From: an uncultured Oscillospiraceae bacterium | Lineage (GTDB): Bacteria > Bacillota > Clostridia > Oscillospirales > Oscillospiraceae | Assembly: GCA_947631595.1 (NCBI GenBank) | Contig: CANRLZ010000004.1 | Location: 6,985 to 70,984 of the forward strand | Length of the DNA stretch: 64,000 bases | Reading direction: 5' to 3' | In this document: piece after piece, positions 26,897 through 34,902 of the stretch | Layout of the letters: each line of letters starts with the position of its first letter | How positions within the stretch are numbered: the stretch's first letter is position 1 | Notes under the pieces: generated by a model | Seen by the model: only the letters and a program-made list of their open reading frames with translations | What the model was told of the DNA's origin: nothing | The model's database searches: none | Made by a program: the position numbers and the translations under genes

Positions 26897-27700
26897 GTGA
26901 CCGTGGAGGAGCTGACCTTTCATCTGCAAAACGTCGTCCGGGCCAAGGAGGACGCCATGGAGGACTTCAACGGCCCGCTCGACCTCATTTTGAGCCTGCT
27001 GGCCAAGAACAAGATGGAGATCAAGGACATCCAGATCTCCCTCATTTTGGATCAGTACCTGGCCTGGATGGCCCGGCGCAAGGAGCTGGACCTGGACGTG
27101 GCCAGCGAATTTGTCACCATGGCCGCCCACCTGGTCTACATCAAGACCCGGATGCTCCTGTCCATCCACGACGAGGAGGCCATGAGCGAGATGGAACAGC
27201 TCATCGCCGACCTGGAACAGCACCAGCGCCACGAGAGCTATCTGAAGATCCAGGCCGTCGCCCCACAGCTGGGGGAGCGTTACCTCTACGGCCGGGACTA
27301 CATCACCAAGGTCCCGGAACACCTGCCGCTGAACAAGGTCTATCGGTATCAGCACCAGCCGGACGACCTGTATCGGGCAATCTCCCAGGTGATGGAGCGG
27401 CTGGACAACCGTATGCCGCCGCCCATGGTGGCCTTTGAGGGCATCGTGGGGCGGGAACCCTACCCGGTGGGGGATAAGGCCAACGAGGTCTTGCAGCGGC
27501 TGCGCTCCTTCGGGGTGGCGCGGTTTATGTCCCTCTTCAAGGGCAGCCGCAGCCGCAGCGAGATCGTGGCTACCTTTTTGGCGGTGCTGGAGCTGTGCAA
27601 GGCCTGCCGCATCCTGCTGGCGGGCAACGCGGAGGACTGCACCGTCACCTGCATCGACGACGGGGCGGACCTGCCCGAGCTGAATGTGGACGGTTACTAA
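26897..27700 (+). CDS. scpA: Segregation and condensation protein A
   Basis: 267 aa with a GTG start after GGAAGGAGG. FNGPLDLILSLLAKNKMEIKDIQISLILDQY is typical of ScpA. Confidence 0.9.
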   Translation: MTVEELTFHLQNVVRAKEDAMEDFNGPLDLILSLLAKNKMEIKDIQISLILDQYLAWMARRKELDLDVASEFVTMAAHLVYIKTRMLLSIHDEEAMSEMEQLIADLEQHQRHESYLKIQAVAPQLGERYLYGRDYITKVPEHLPLNKVYRYQHQPDDLYRAISQVMERLDNRMPPPMVAFEGIVGREPYPVGDKANEVLQRLRSFGVARFMSLFKGSRSRSEIVATFLAVLELCKACRILLAGNAEDCTVTCIDDGADLPELNVDGY

Positions 27701-27712
27701 GGGGGGACGGAG

Positions 27713-28453
27713 ATGGAAGTGAAAGAGGCCCAGCGCACCATTGAGGCCATCCTGTTCGCCGCCGGGGAGCCGGTGGGGGTGGAGCGGCTGTGTCTGACGC
27801 TGGAGCTGGATCGGGAGACGGTGGAGGAGCTGTGCCGCGCCCTGGCCGACCAGTACGCCTACGAACACCGGGGCATCCGCATCCTCCAGCTGGACAACGC
27901 CTGGCAGATGGCCTCCGCCCCGGAGTACGCCGAGGCGGTGCGCCAGACCTTTGAGTCCCGCAAACCCGCCCGGCTGAGCCAGCCGGCGCTGGAGGTGCTG
28001 AGCATCATCGCCTACTTCCAGCCCACCACCCGGGCCTATGTGGATCAGGTGCGGGGGGTGGACAGCTCCTACACCGTGGGGTTGCTGCTGGAGCGGGAGC
28101 TGATCGAGGAGTGCGGACGCCTGGCGGTGCCGGGGCGGCCCATCCTCTACCGCACCACCAAGAACTTCCTGCGCTCCTTCTCCCTGTCCTCCCTGGACGA
28201 GCTGCCCGAGCTGCCCAACTCCACCCCGGAGGACGGGCAGATCACCCTGGAACTTCAGGCCAACATCGAAAAACTCCGGGCGCAGCAGGAGATGGCCAAC
28301 GTGTCCGACGACGAACTCATCGCCGCGGCCTCCCGCCTGGCTGCCGAGGAGGCGGCGCCGCCGCTGTCCGAGGAGGAATTCCCGCCCCAGGAGGAGGTTC
28401 CGCCCCAGGAGGCGCCCGCCGGGGACGCGCCGGTGGAGGGGCGGGAGGAATAG
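27713..28453 (+). CDS. scpB: Segregation and condensation protein B
   Basis: 246 aa with IEAILFAAGEPV and SQPALEVLSIIAYFQPTTRAYVDQVRGV. Carries an acidic/Pro-rich C-terminal extension. Confidence 0.9.
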   Translation: MEVKEAQRTIEAILFAAGEPVGVERLCLTLELDRETVEELCRALADQYAYEHRGIRILQLDNAWQMASAPEYAEAVRQTFESRKPARLSQPALEVLSIIAYFQPTTRAYVDQVRGVDSSYTVGLLLERELIEECGRLAVPGRPILYRTTKNFLRSFSLSSLDELPELPNSTPEDGQITLELQANIEKLRAQQEMANVSDDELIAAASRLAAEEAAPPLSEEEFPPQEEVPPQEAPAGDAPVEGREE

Positions 28454-29164
28454 ATGAAAGTCCTGCTCATTGTACTGCTGGTCCTCCTGGCGCTGCTCCT
28501 CCTCCCCTTCGGCGCGGTGGCGCGGTACGATCAGGAGGGATTTCGGGTCTGGGTGAAGGTCCTCCCCTTCCGCTTTTTGGTCTTCCCCCGGAAGAAGAAA
28601 CCGAAGAAGAAAGCCAAGGCGGAGGAAACGCCGCCTGAGGCTGCGGAGGATGTTCCGTCCGAGGAAGAAAAGCCGCCCGAGGGGTCGGGGGATGCTCCGT
28701 CCGAGGAGGGCAAGCCGCCTGAGGGGTCGGAAGAAAAGCCGCCTGAAAAAGCGGAGGAGAAGCCCAAGAAAAAGGGCGGGGCGCTGGACCTGGTACGCTC
28801 TGCCCTGCCCCTGATAAAGCCCGCCCTGGCGGGGGTGAAGAAGCGCCTGACCATCGACGATCTGGAGCTTTTCGTCACCTGGCGAGCCGACGACCCCGCC
28901 GACGCCGCCATCGGCTACGGCCGCGCCAACGCGGCGCTGGGGGCGCTGTGGGCGGTGCTGGACAGCAGCTTCAAGGTGAAAAAGAGCCGCCTGGGGTGCG
29001 CGGTGGACTTCGGCAACGGGAGGAGCGAGGTCTATCTGAACGCGGCGGCGTCCCTGAACCTCTGGAAGACCCTCACCCTGGTGGTACCCCTGCTGGTGAA
29101 ATTTCTGCGCAACTACACCCGGCTGAAACGTGTCCGGGACGATAACATGAAGAAAGAGGCGTAA
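28454..29164 (+). CDS. ytfI: DUF2953 (YtfI-like) sporulation-associated membrane protein
   Basis: 236 aa. N-terminal TM helix, a Lys/Glu/Pro low-complexity insert, and a position immediately upstream of ytfJ as in Bacillus ytfIJ. Confidence 0.65.
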   Translation: MKVLLIVLLVLLALLLLPFGAVARYDQEGFRVWVKVLPFRFLVFPRKKKPKKKAKAEETPPEAAEDVPSEEEKPPEGSGDAPSEEGKPPEGSEEKPPEKAEEKPKKKGGALDLVRSALPLIKPALAGVKKRLTIDDLELFVTWRADDPADAAIGYGRANAALGALWAVLDSSFKVKKSRLGCAVDFGNGRSEVYLNAAASLNLWKTLTLVVPLLVKFLRNYTRLKRVRDDNMKKEA

Positions 29165-29168
29165 GCAC

Positions 29169-29573
29169 ATGAGCGAACACGGCAACCCCATCAGCGATGT
29201 GATGTCTACCACCCTCCAAAAGCTCCGGGAGATTTTGGACGGCAACACCATCGTGGGCACCCCCATCCAGACCCCCGACGGCCTCACCCTCATCCCCGTC
29301 TCCCGCCTCTCTCTGGGCTTTGCCAGCGGCGGCAGCGAGTTCGGCAAGACCCCCAAGGTGGAGGGGAAGAACAACTTCGGCGGCGGCTCCGGCGCCGGGG
29401 TGAAGATGGATCCGGTGGCCTTCCTGGTGGTCCGGGGGGACAATGTGCGCCTGATCCCCGTCGGCCCCATGCCCATGACCACCCTGGACCGGGTGGTGGA
29501 CATGGTCCCGGACGTGGTGGACAAGGTCACCGCCTTCATCGACCAGCGCAAGGCGGATAAAACCGAGCTGTAA
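29169..29573 (+). CDS. ytfJ: GerW/YtfJ-family sporulation protein
   Basis: 134 aa. GTPIQTPDGLTLIPVSRLSLGFASGGSEFG is typical of YtfJ. Confidence 0.85.
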   Translation: MSEHGNPISDVMSTTLQKLREILDGNTIVGTPIQTPDGLTLIPVSRLSLGFASGGSEFGKTPKVEGKNNFGGGSGAGVKMDPVAFLVVRGDNVRLIPVGPMPMTTLDRVVDMVPDVVDKVTAFIDQRKADKTEL

Positions 29574-29614
29574 ACCCATACTAGGGTCAAATCCTCTCAG
29601 GAGGCGACTCTGGT

Positions 29615-30679
29615 ATGCCAAAACGCCTTTGGAACGCCCTGTGGGCGGCGGTCTTCTGCGCCCTTTTGTGCCTGCCCACCCGCGCCGGGGCGGTATCCAC
29701 CTCCGCCCAGGCGGCCATCCTCATGGAGGCCGGGTCCGGGCGGGTACTCTACGCCCAGGGGGAACATCAGCGCCTCCCCATCGCCTCCACCACCAAGCTC
29801 ATGACCGCCCTGGTGGCGGCGGAGCGCTGCCCCGACCTCTCCGCGACTGTCACCGTGGACCCCGCCGCCGTTGGGGTGGAGGGGTCCTCGCTCTATCTCA
29901 AGGCCGGGGAACAGCGCTCTCTGGAGGAGCTGCTCTACGGCCTGCTGCTCCACTCCGGCAACGACGCGGCGGTGGCCATCGCCGTCCACTGCGCCGGGGA
30001 TGTGGACACCTTCGTGGGGTGGATGAACGAGAAGGCCCAGGCTTTGGGCATGGCGGACACCCACTTTGAAAACCCCAACGGCCTGGACGCGCCGACGCAC
30101 TATTCCAGCGCCTATGACCTGGCCCTTCTGGGCCGGGCGGTGCTGGAAAACGACGCCCTGGCCGCCATCGCCGCCACCCGGTCGGTCACCTTGGGAACCC
30201 GGAGCTACGCCAACCACAACAAGCTCCTGTGGCGCTACCCCGGCTGCGTGGGGCTGAAGACCGGCTACACCCAGACGGCGGGCAGGACGCTGGTCTCCGC
30301 CGCCCGGCGGGGGGAGACCACCCTGGTGGCCGTCACCCTCAACGACGGCAACGACTGGGCCGACCACGCCGGTCTCTTCGACTACGGCTTCGGCCTATGC
30401 CGCTCCCAGCTCCTGGCGCGTGGGGGCAAGGTGGTGGGGACGGCGAAGGTGGCGGGCAGCGTCCTCCCCGGAGTGGAGATCGCGGTGGCGGACGAGGTGC
30501 GCTACCCCCTCCTGGCGGGAGAACAGGTCGCCGCCCGGTGGGAACTGCCAAAAGTGCTGACCGCCCCCGTCCTGGCGGGAGATCGGGTGGGGGCGGTGAT
30601 CTTCACCCTGGACGGCCGGGAGATCGGCCGGAGCGACCTGGTGGCCGCCCGGTGGGCGCCCCGGAACGCCAAGGGCTGA
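29615..30679 (+). CDS. D-alanyl-D-alanine carboxypeptidase (peptidase S11, DacB-like)
   Basis: Signal peptide plus the three motifs SxxK (ASTTKLMT), SGN (HSGND) and KTG (LKTGYT). Confidence 0.9.
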   Translation: MPKRLWNALWAAVFCALLCLPTRAGAVSTSAQAAILMEAGSGRVLYAQGEHQRLPIASTTKLMTALVAAERCPDLSATVTVDPAAVGVEGSSLYLKAGEQRSLEELLYGLLLHSGNDAAVAIAVHCAGDVDTFVGWMNEKAQALGMADTHFENPNGLDAPTHYSSAYDLALLGRAVLENDALAAIAATRSVTLGTRSYANHNKLLWRYPGCVGLKTGYTQTAGRTLVSAARRGETTLVAVTLNDGNDWADHAGLFDYGFGLCRSQLLARGGKVVGTAKVAGSVLPGVEIAVADEVRYPLLAGEQVAARWELPKVLTAPVLAGDRVGAVIFTLDGREIGRSDLVAARWAPRNAKG

Positions 30680-30692
30680 AAGGAGCGGGACA

Positions 30693-31388
30693 ATGGAAGA
30701 GCGGCTGCAAAAGATCCTCTCCGCCGCCGGGGTCTGCTCCCGGCGGCAGGCGGAGGAATACCTGCGCCAGGGCCGGGTGCTGGTCAACGGCGTCCCCGCC
30801 GGGCTGGGGGATAGGGCCGACCCGGAGCGGGATACCGTCACCTTCGACGGCGCAGACGTTGTAAAGCCGGAACACTTTACATATTTGATGCTCCACAAGC
30901 CCCGTGGCGTGGTCACCACCCTCTCGGACGAGAAGGGACGGCCCACGGTGGCGGAGCTGGTGGCGGACTGCCCGGCGCGGGTGTGGCCGGTGGGCCGGCT
31001 GGACTGGGACTCGGAGGGGCTGCTGCTGCTCACCAACGACGGGGCGCTCACCCACCGGCTGCTCCACCCCAGCCACCAGGTAGAAAAGGAGTATGTGGTC
31101 ACCGTCCACGGGGATGTGGACGCCGCCCTGCCGGTGCTCTCCGGGCCGATAGAGCTGGACGGGGCGGCCCTTGCCCCCGCCCAGGTGCGGGTGCTGGGCC
31201 GCCGGCGGCTGAGCATCGTCATCCACGAGGGGAAGAACCGCCAGGTGCGGCGGATGTGCGCCCTGGCGGGGCTGGAGGTCGCCCGGCTGAAGCGGGTGCG
31301 GGAGGGCGCGTTGACCCTGGGCGACCTGCCTAGGGGGAAGTGGCGCCGCCTTACCTCCCAGGAGGTCAACGCCCTGGGCGGGGGCTGA
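30693..31388 (+). CDS. rluB: rRNA pseudouridine synthase, RsuA/RluB family with S4 domain
   Basis: 231 aa with an S4 N-terminus (RLQKILSAAGVCSRRQAE) and the catalytic motif VGRLDWDSEGLLLLTNDG. Confidence 0.9.
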   Translation: MEERLQKILSAAGVCSRRQAEEYLRQGRVLVNGVPAGLGDRADPERDTVTFDGADVVKPEHFTYLMLHKPRGVVTTLSDEKGRPTVAELVADCPARVWPVGRLDWDSEGLLLLTNDGALTHRLLHPSHQVEKEYVVTVHGDVDAALPVLSGPIELDGAALAPAQVRVLGRRRLSIVIHEGKNRQVRRMCALAGLEVARLKRVREGALTLGDLPRGKWRRLTSQEVNALGGG

Positions 31389-31426
31389 CCTTTCTGCAAG
31401 TCTATGAAATAAATCTTGCAAAAGCA

Positions 31427-31455
31427 CTTGCATTTTTCCTCCGGTTGGAGTATGA
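31427..31455 (+). promoter_or_regulatory. Putative promoter of the rpiR-family gene
   Basis: TTGCAT (31427-31432), 17-nt spacer, TATGAT (31450-31455). Confidence 0.45.
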
Positions 31456-31522
31456 TAGGGGTGCTGGCGCGCCGCGGACGGCGGCGCGCCGCTTTACCTC
31501 AAAATATGGGAGGTCCTACCCG

Positions 31523-32392
31523 ATGAACCGGGACATTTTGTCCGTCATCCAAGCCCAGATGCCCACCTTTTCCAAGGGGCAAAAGCTCATCGCCAACTAC
31601 ATTCTCCAGTCCTACGACAAGGCGGCCTTTATGACCGCCAGCAAGCTGGGCAAGACGGTGAAGGTCAGCGAGTCCACCGTGGTGCGCTTCGCCGCCGAGC
31701 TGGGCTATGACGGCTACCCCGCCATGCAGCGCACCCTCCAGGAGATGATCCGCAACAAGCTCACCTCCATCCAGCGCATCGAAGTCGCCGACGACCGCAT
31801 GGGCAACCAGGATATCCTCCCCATGGTCATGCACTCCGACATGGAGAAGCTGCGCATGACCCTGGAGCAGATCGACCGGGACGCCTTTGACGGCGCGGTG
31901 GGGGACATCGTGGGCGCCAAGCGGATCTACCTCATCGGCGTGCGCTCCGCCAACGCCATCTCCACCTTCCTGGCCTTCTACTTCAACCTGATCTTCGACA
32001 ACGTCACCCACGTCACCGCCACCTCGGCCAGCGAGATCTTTGAACAGCTCCTCCGGGTGGACGGAGACGACGTGGTCATCGGTATCAGCTTCCCCCGGTA
32101 CTCCAAGCGGACGGTGAAGGCCCTGGAGTTCGCCCGGGACCGCGGCGCCCATGTGGTGGCCATCACCGACTCGGACGCCTCTCCCCTGGCCGCCGTCGCC
32201 CAGCGCACCCTGGTGGCCAAGAGCGATATGGTCTCCTTCGTGGACTCCCTGGTCGCCCCGTTGAGCCTGGTGAATGCCCTCATCGTGGCCATCACACGGG
32301 CCAAAAAGCAGGAGCTGTCCAAAAACCTGGAAGAGCTGGAACACATCTGGGAGGAGTACGAGGTCTACGAGAAGGTGGAGGAGAGCCGTTGA
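31523..32392 (+). CDS. MurR/RpiR-family transcriptional regulator (HTH + SIS domain)
   Basis: Trimmed to the ATG at 31523 (GGGAGG RBS). The HTH region is ASKLGKTVKVSESTVVRFAAELGYDGY, followed by a SIS-like C-terminal half. Confidence 0.85.
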   Translation: MNRDILSVIQAQMPTFSKGQKLIANYILQSYDKAAFMTASKLGKTVKVSESTVVRFAAELGYDGYPAMQRTLQEMIRNKLTSIQRIEVADDRMGNQDILPMVMHSDMEKLRMTLEQIDRDAFDGAVGDIVGAKRIYLIGVRSANAISTFLAFYFNLIFDNVTHVTATSASEIFEQLLRVDGDDVVIGISFPRYSKRTVKALEFARDRGAHVVAITDSDASPLAAVAQRTLVAKSDMVSFVDSLVAPLSLVNALIVAITRAKKQELSKNLEELEHIWEEYEVYEKVEESR

Positions 32393-33633
32393 CTCCCCCT
32401 GTGGTCGTGGTGGGCGGCGGCCCGGCCGGAATGATGGCCGCCCTCACCGCCCGGCGCGCCGGGGCGGCCGTCCAGCTGCTGGAGCGCAACCCCAAGGTGG
32501 GCCGGAAGCTCTACATCACCGGCAAGGGCCGGTGCAACCTCACCAACCACTGCGGCCCGGAGGAGGTTTTGGCCAACATCCCCTGTAATGGCAAATTCCT
32601 TTACAGTGCTATGTCCGCCTTTCCCCCCGCCGCCACCGAGGCGTTTTTTGAAGCCCTGGGCGTCCCCCTGAAGGTGGAGCGGGGCAACCGGGTCTTCCCG
32701 GTGTCCGACAAGGCCGCCGATGTGGTGGACGCCCTGTTTTTGGCCCTGAAACGCTCGGGGGTCGAACTGGTAGAGACCCGGGTGAACACCTTGCGGCGTC
32801 AGGGCGGACGGGTCATCGCCGCCCAGGCGGAGGCGGGGGCGTTCCCCTGCTCGGCGCTCATCGTCGCCACCGGCGGGCTGTCCTACCCCGCCACCGGCTC
32901 CACCGGGGATGGCTACGCCCTGGCCCAGGCCATGGGCCACACCGTCACCCCCACCCGCGGCTCTCTGGTGCCGCTGGAGGCGTCAAGCTGTTCCCCTTTA
33001 CAGGGCCTCTCCCTGAAAAACGTGGCCCTGACCATGCGGGACAGCCGGGGCAAGGTTCTCTACCAGAACCAGGGGGAGCTGCTCTTCACCCACTTCGGCC
33101 TGTCCGGGCCGCTCATCCTCTCCGCCAGCGCCCACCTGCGGCGCTTTGATAAGGAGAAATACACCGCCCACATCGACCTCAAGCCCGCCCTCACCCCGGA
33201 ACAGCTGGACAGCCGCATCGTCCGGGATCTGGAGCGGTACGCCAACCGGGACATGGGCAACTATATCCTCACCTTGGTGCCCCGCCTGCTGGGGCCGGTG
33301 GTGCTGGAGCGGGCGGGCATCCCCCCCGCCCTGAAGCTCCACTCCCTGACCCGGGAACAGCGCCGGGGGCTGGCGGAGACGCTGAAGGACTTGGCCTTTC
33401 CCATCCTCGGCCCACGGCCGGTGGAGGAGGCCATCGTCACCACCGGCGGGGTGCGCGTCAAGGAGATCGACCCCAAGACCATGGCCTCCAAACTGGTGGA
33501 AAACCTCTACTTCGCCGGAGAGGTGCTGGATGTGGACGGCTACACCGGCGGGTTCAATTTGCAGATCGCCTGGGCAACGGGACGGGCCGCCGGTCTGGCC
33601 GCCGCCCAGGTCTGGAAGGAGACAATGACATGA
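32389..33633 (+). CDS. HI0933/YhiN-family NAD(FAD)-utilising flavoprotein
   Basis: 414 aa with a TTG start overlapping the rpiR stop. Motifs: VVVVGGGPAGMMAA, GKGRCNLTN, and the C-terminal GEVLDVDGYTGGFNLQIAWATG. Confidence 0.85.
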   Translation: MTPPVVVVGGGPAGMMAALTARRAGAAVQLLERNPKVGRKLYITGKGRCNLTNHCGPEEVLANIPCNGKFLYSAMSAFPPAATEAFFEALGVPLKVERGNRVFPVSDKAADVVDALFLALKRSGVELVETRVNTLRRQGGRVIAAQAEAGAFPCSALIVATGGLSYPATGSTGDGYALAQAMGHTVTPTRGSLVPLEASSCSPLQGLSLKNVALTMRDSRGKVLYQNQGELLFTHFGLSGPLILSASAHLRRFDKEKYTAHIDLKPALTPEQLDSRIVRDLERYANRDMGNYILTLVPRLLGPVVLERAGIPPALKLHSLTREQRRGLAETLKDLAFPILGPRPVEEAIVTTGGVRVKEIDPKTMASKLVENLYFAGEVLDVDGYTGGFNLQIAWATGRAAGLAAAQVWKETMT

Positions 33634-34307
33634 GCTTTCGCGCCATCGCCATCGACGGCCCCTCCGGGGCGGGCAAGTCCACCCTGGCCAAGCGCCTGGC
33701 CCAGGGGCTTGGCTTCCTCTATCTGGACACGGGCGCCATCTACCGCACCGTGGGCCTCTACGCCCTGCGGCAGGGGGTCGCGCCGGGGGATGAGGCCGCC
33801 GTGCTGGCCCTTCTCCCCTCCCTCACCGTCACCACCGCCTACGCCCAGGACGGACTCCAGCACATGTACCTCAACGGCGAGGACGTGACCGAGGCCATCC
33901 GGCAGCACCAGGTCTCCGACGCGGCCAGCCAGGTCTCCGCCATCCCCGGCGTGCGGGCCTATCTGCTGGAGATGCAGCGGCGCTTTGCCAGGGAGAACGA
34001 CGTGGTCATGGACGGGCGGGATATCGGCACGGTGGTGTTGCCCGATGCCCAGCTGAAGATCTTCCTCACCGCCCAGCCGGAGGCCCGTGCCCGCCGCCGC
34101 TACGACGAGCTGATCGCCCGGGGGCAGCAGGCGGACTATGAGCAGGTATTGCGGGACGTGATGGATCGGGACTGGCGGGATACCCACCGGGACATCGCCC
34201 CGCTGCGCCAGGCGGAGGACGCCGTGGCGGTGGACACCACCCAGCTCACCCTGGAGGAGAGCTGGGAGCGGCTATTTCAAATCGCAAAGGAGCGGCTTTC
34301 TCTGTGA
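33630..34307 (+). CDS. cmk: Cytidylate kinase
   Basis: 225 aa with IAIDGPSGAGKST P-loop and LDTGAIYR. Confidence 0.95.
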   Translation: MSFRAIAIDGPSGAGKSTLAKRLAQGLGFLYLDTGAIYRTVGLYALRQGVAPGDEAAVLALLPSLTVTTAYAQDGLQHMYLNGEDVTEAIRQHQVSDAASQVSAIPGVRAYLLEMQRRFARENDVVMDGRDIGTVVLPDAQLKIFLTAQPEARARRRYDELIARGQQADYEQVLRDVMDRDWRDTHRDIAPLRQAEDAVAVDTTQLTLEESWERLFQIAKERLSL

Positions 34308-34900
34308 GTGAATTCTGGTTTGGATTTTTCTACACCATCGCCTGGGTGATCTTCGCCGTCGTCCACCCCAGGCGGGTGATCGGCCGGGAGAACATCCCCC
34401 AAGGCCCCTGCCTGATCTGCGGCAACCACACCCGCTACACCGACCCCATCTTCATCATCCTGTCCATGGAGCGGCGGGATCACCCCTACATCCTGGGCAA
34501 GGCGGAGCTGCTGAAGATCCCCGTGTTGGGCTGGATCCTCAAGCGGGTGGGCATGATCCCGGTGGATCGGGGCAAGTCGGACGTGCGGGCGATCAAGGAA
34601 TCCCTGCGGGTGCTCAAGGAAGGGAAAAAGCTCCTTCTCTTCCCCGAGGGCACCCGAGTGAAGGAGGGGCAGTCCCAGGACGCCAAGTCGGGGGCGGCCA
34701 TGCTGGCGGCCCGGACGGGTGTGCCCATCGTCCCCGTCTACGTCCCCGCCCATCTGGGCTGGTTTAGGCGCACCCCAGTGGTGTTCGGGGAGGCGTACCT
34801 CCCCGCCCTTCCCCAGGATCGAAAGCCCAACGCCGAGGATTACCGCCACGTGGCCGACGACCTTATGGTCCGCGTCAAGGCCCTGGCGGAGCAGGTGTAG
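34304..34900 (+). CDS. plsC: 1-acyl-sn-glycerol-3-phosphate acyltransferase
   Basis: 198 aa with the HX4D acyltransferase motif (GNHTRYTDP) and FPEGTR. Confidence 0.85.
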   Translation: MSEFWFGFFYTIAWVIFAVVHPRRVIGRENIPQGPCLICGNHTRYTDPIFIILSMERRDHPYILGKAELLKIPVLGWILKRVGMIPVDRGKSDVRAIKESLRVLKEGKKLLLFPEGTRVKEGQSQDAKSGAAMLAARTGVPIVPVYVPAHLGWFRRTPVVFGEAYLPALPQDRKPNAEDYRHVADDLMVRVKALAEQV

Positions 34901-34902
34901 CT

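Noticed and set aside
31389-31522. CTTGCA-N6-CTTGCA repeat at the rpiR -35 and a 10-bp GC hairpin (ggcgcgccgc/gcggcgcgcc) in the leader, considered as an operator/attenuator
   Set aside because: The repeat is short and overlaps a plausible -35 hexamer by chance-level similarity. The hairpin lacks a U-tract. The evidence is not enough to call a regulatory element.
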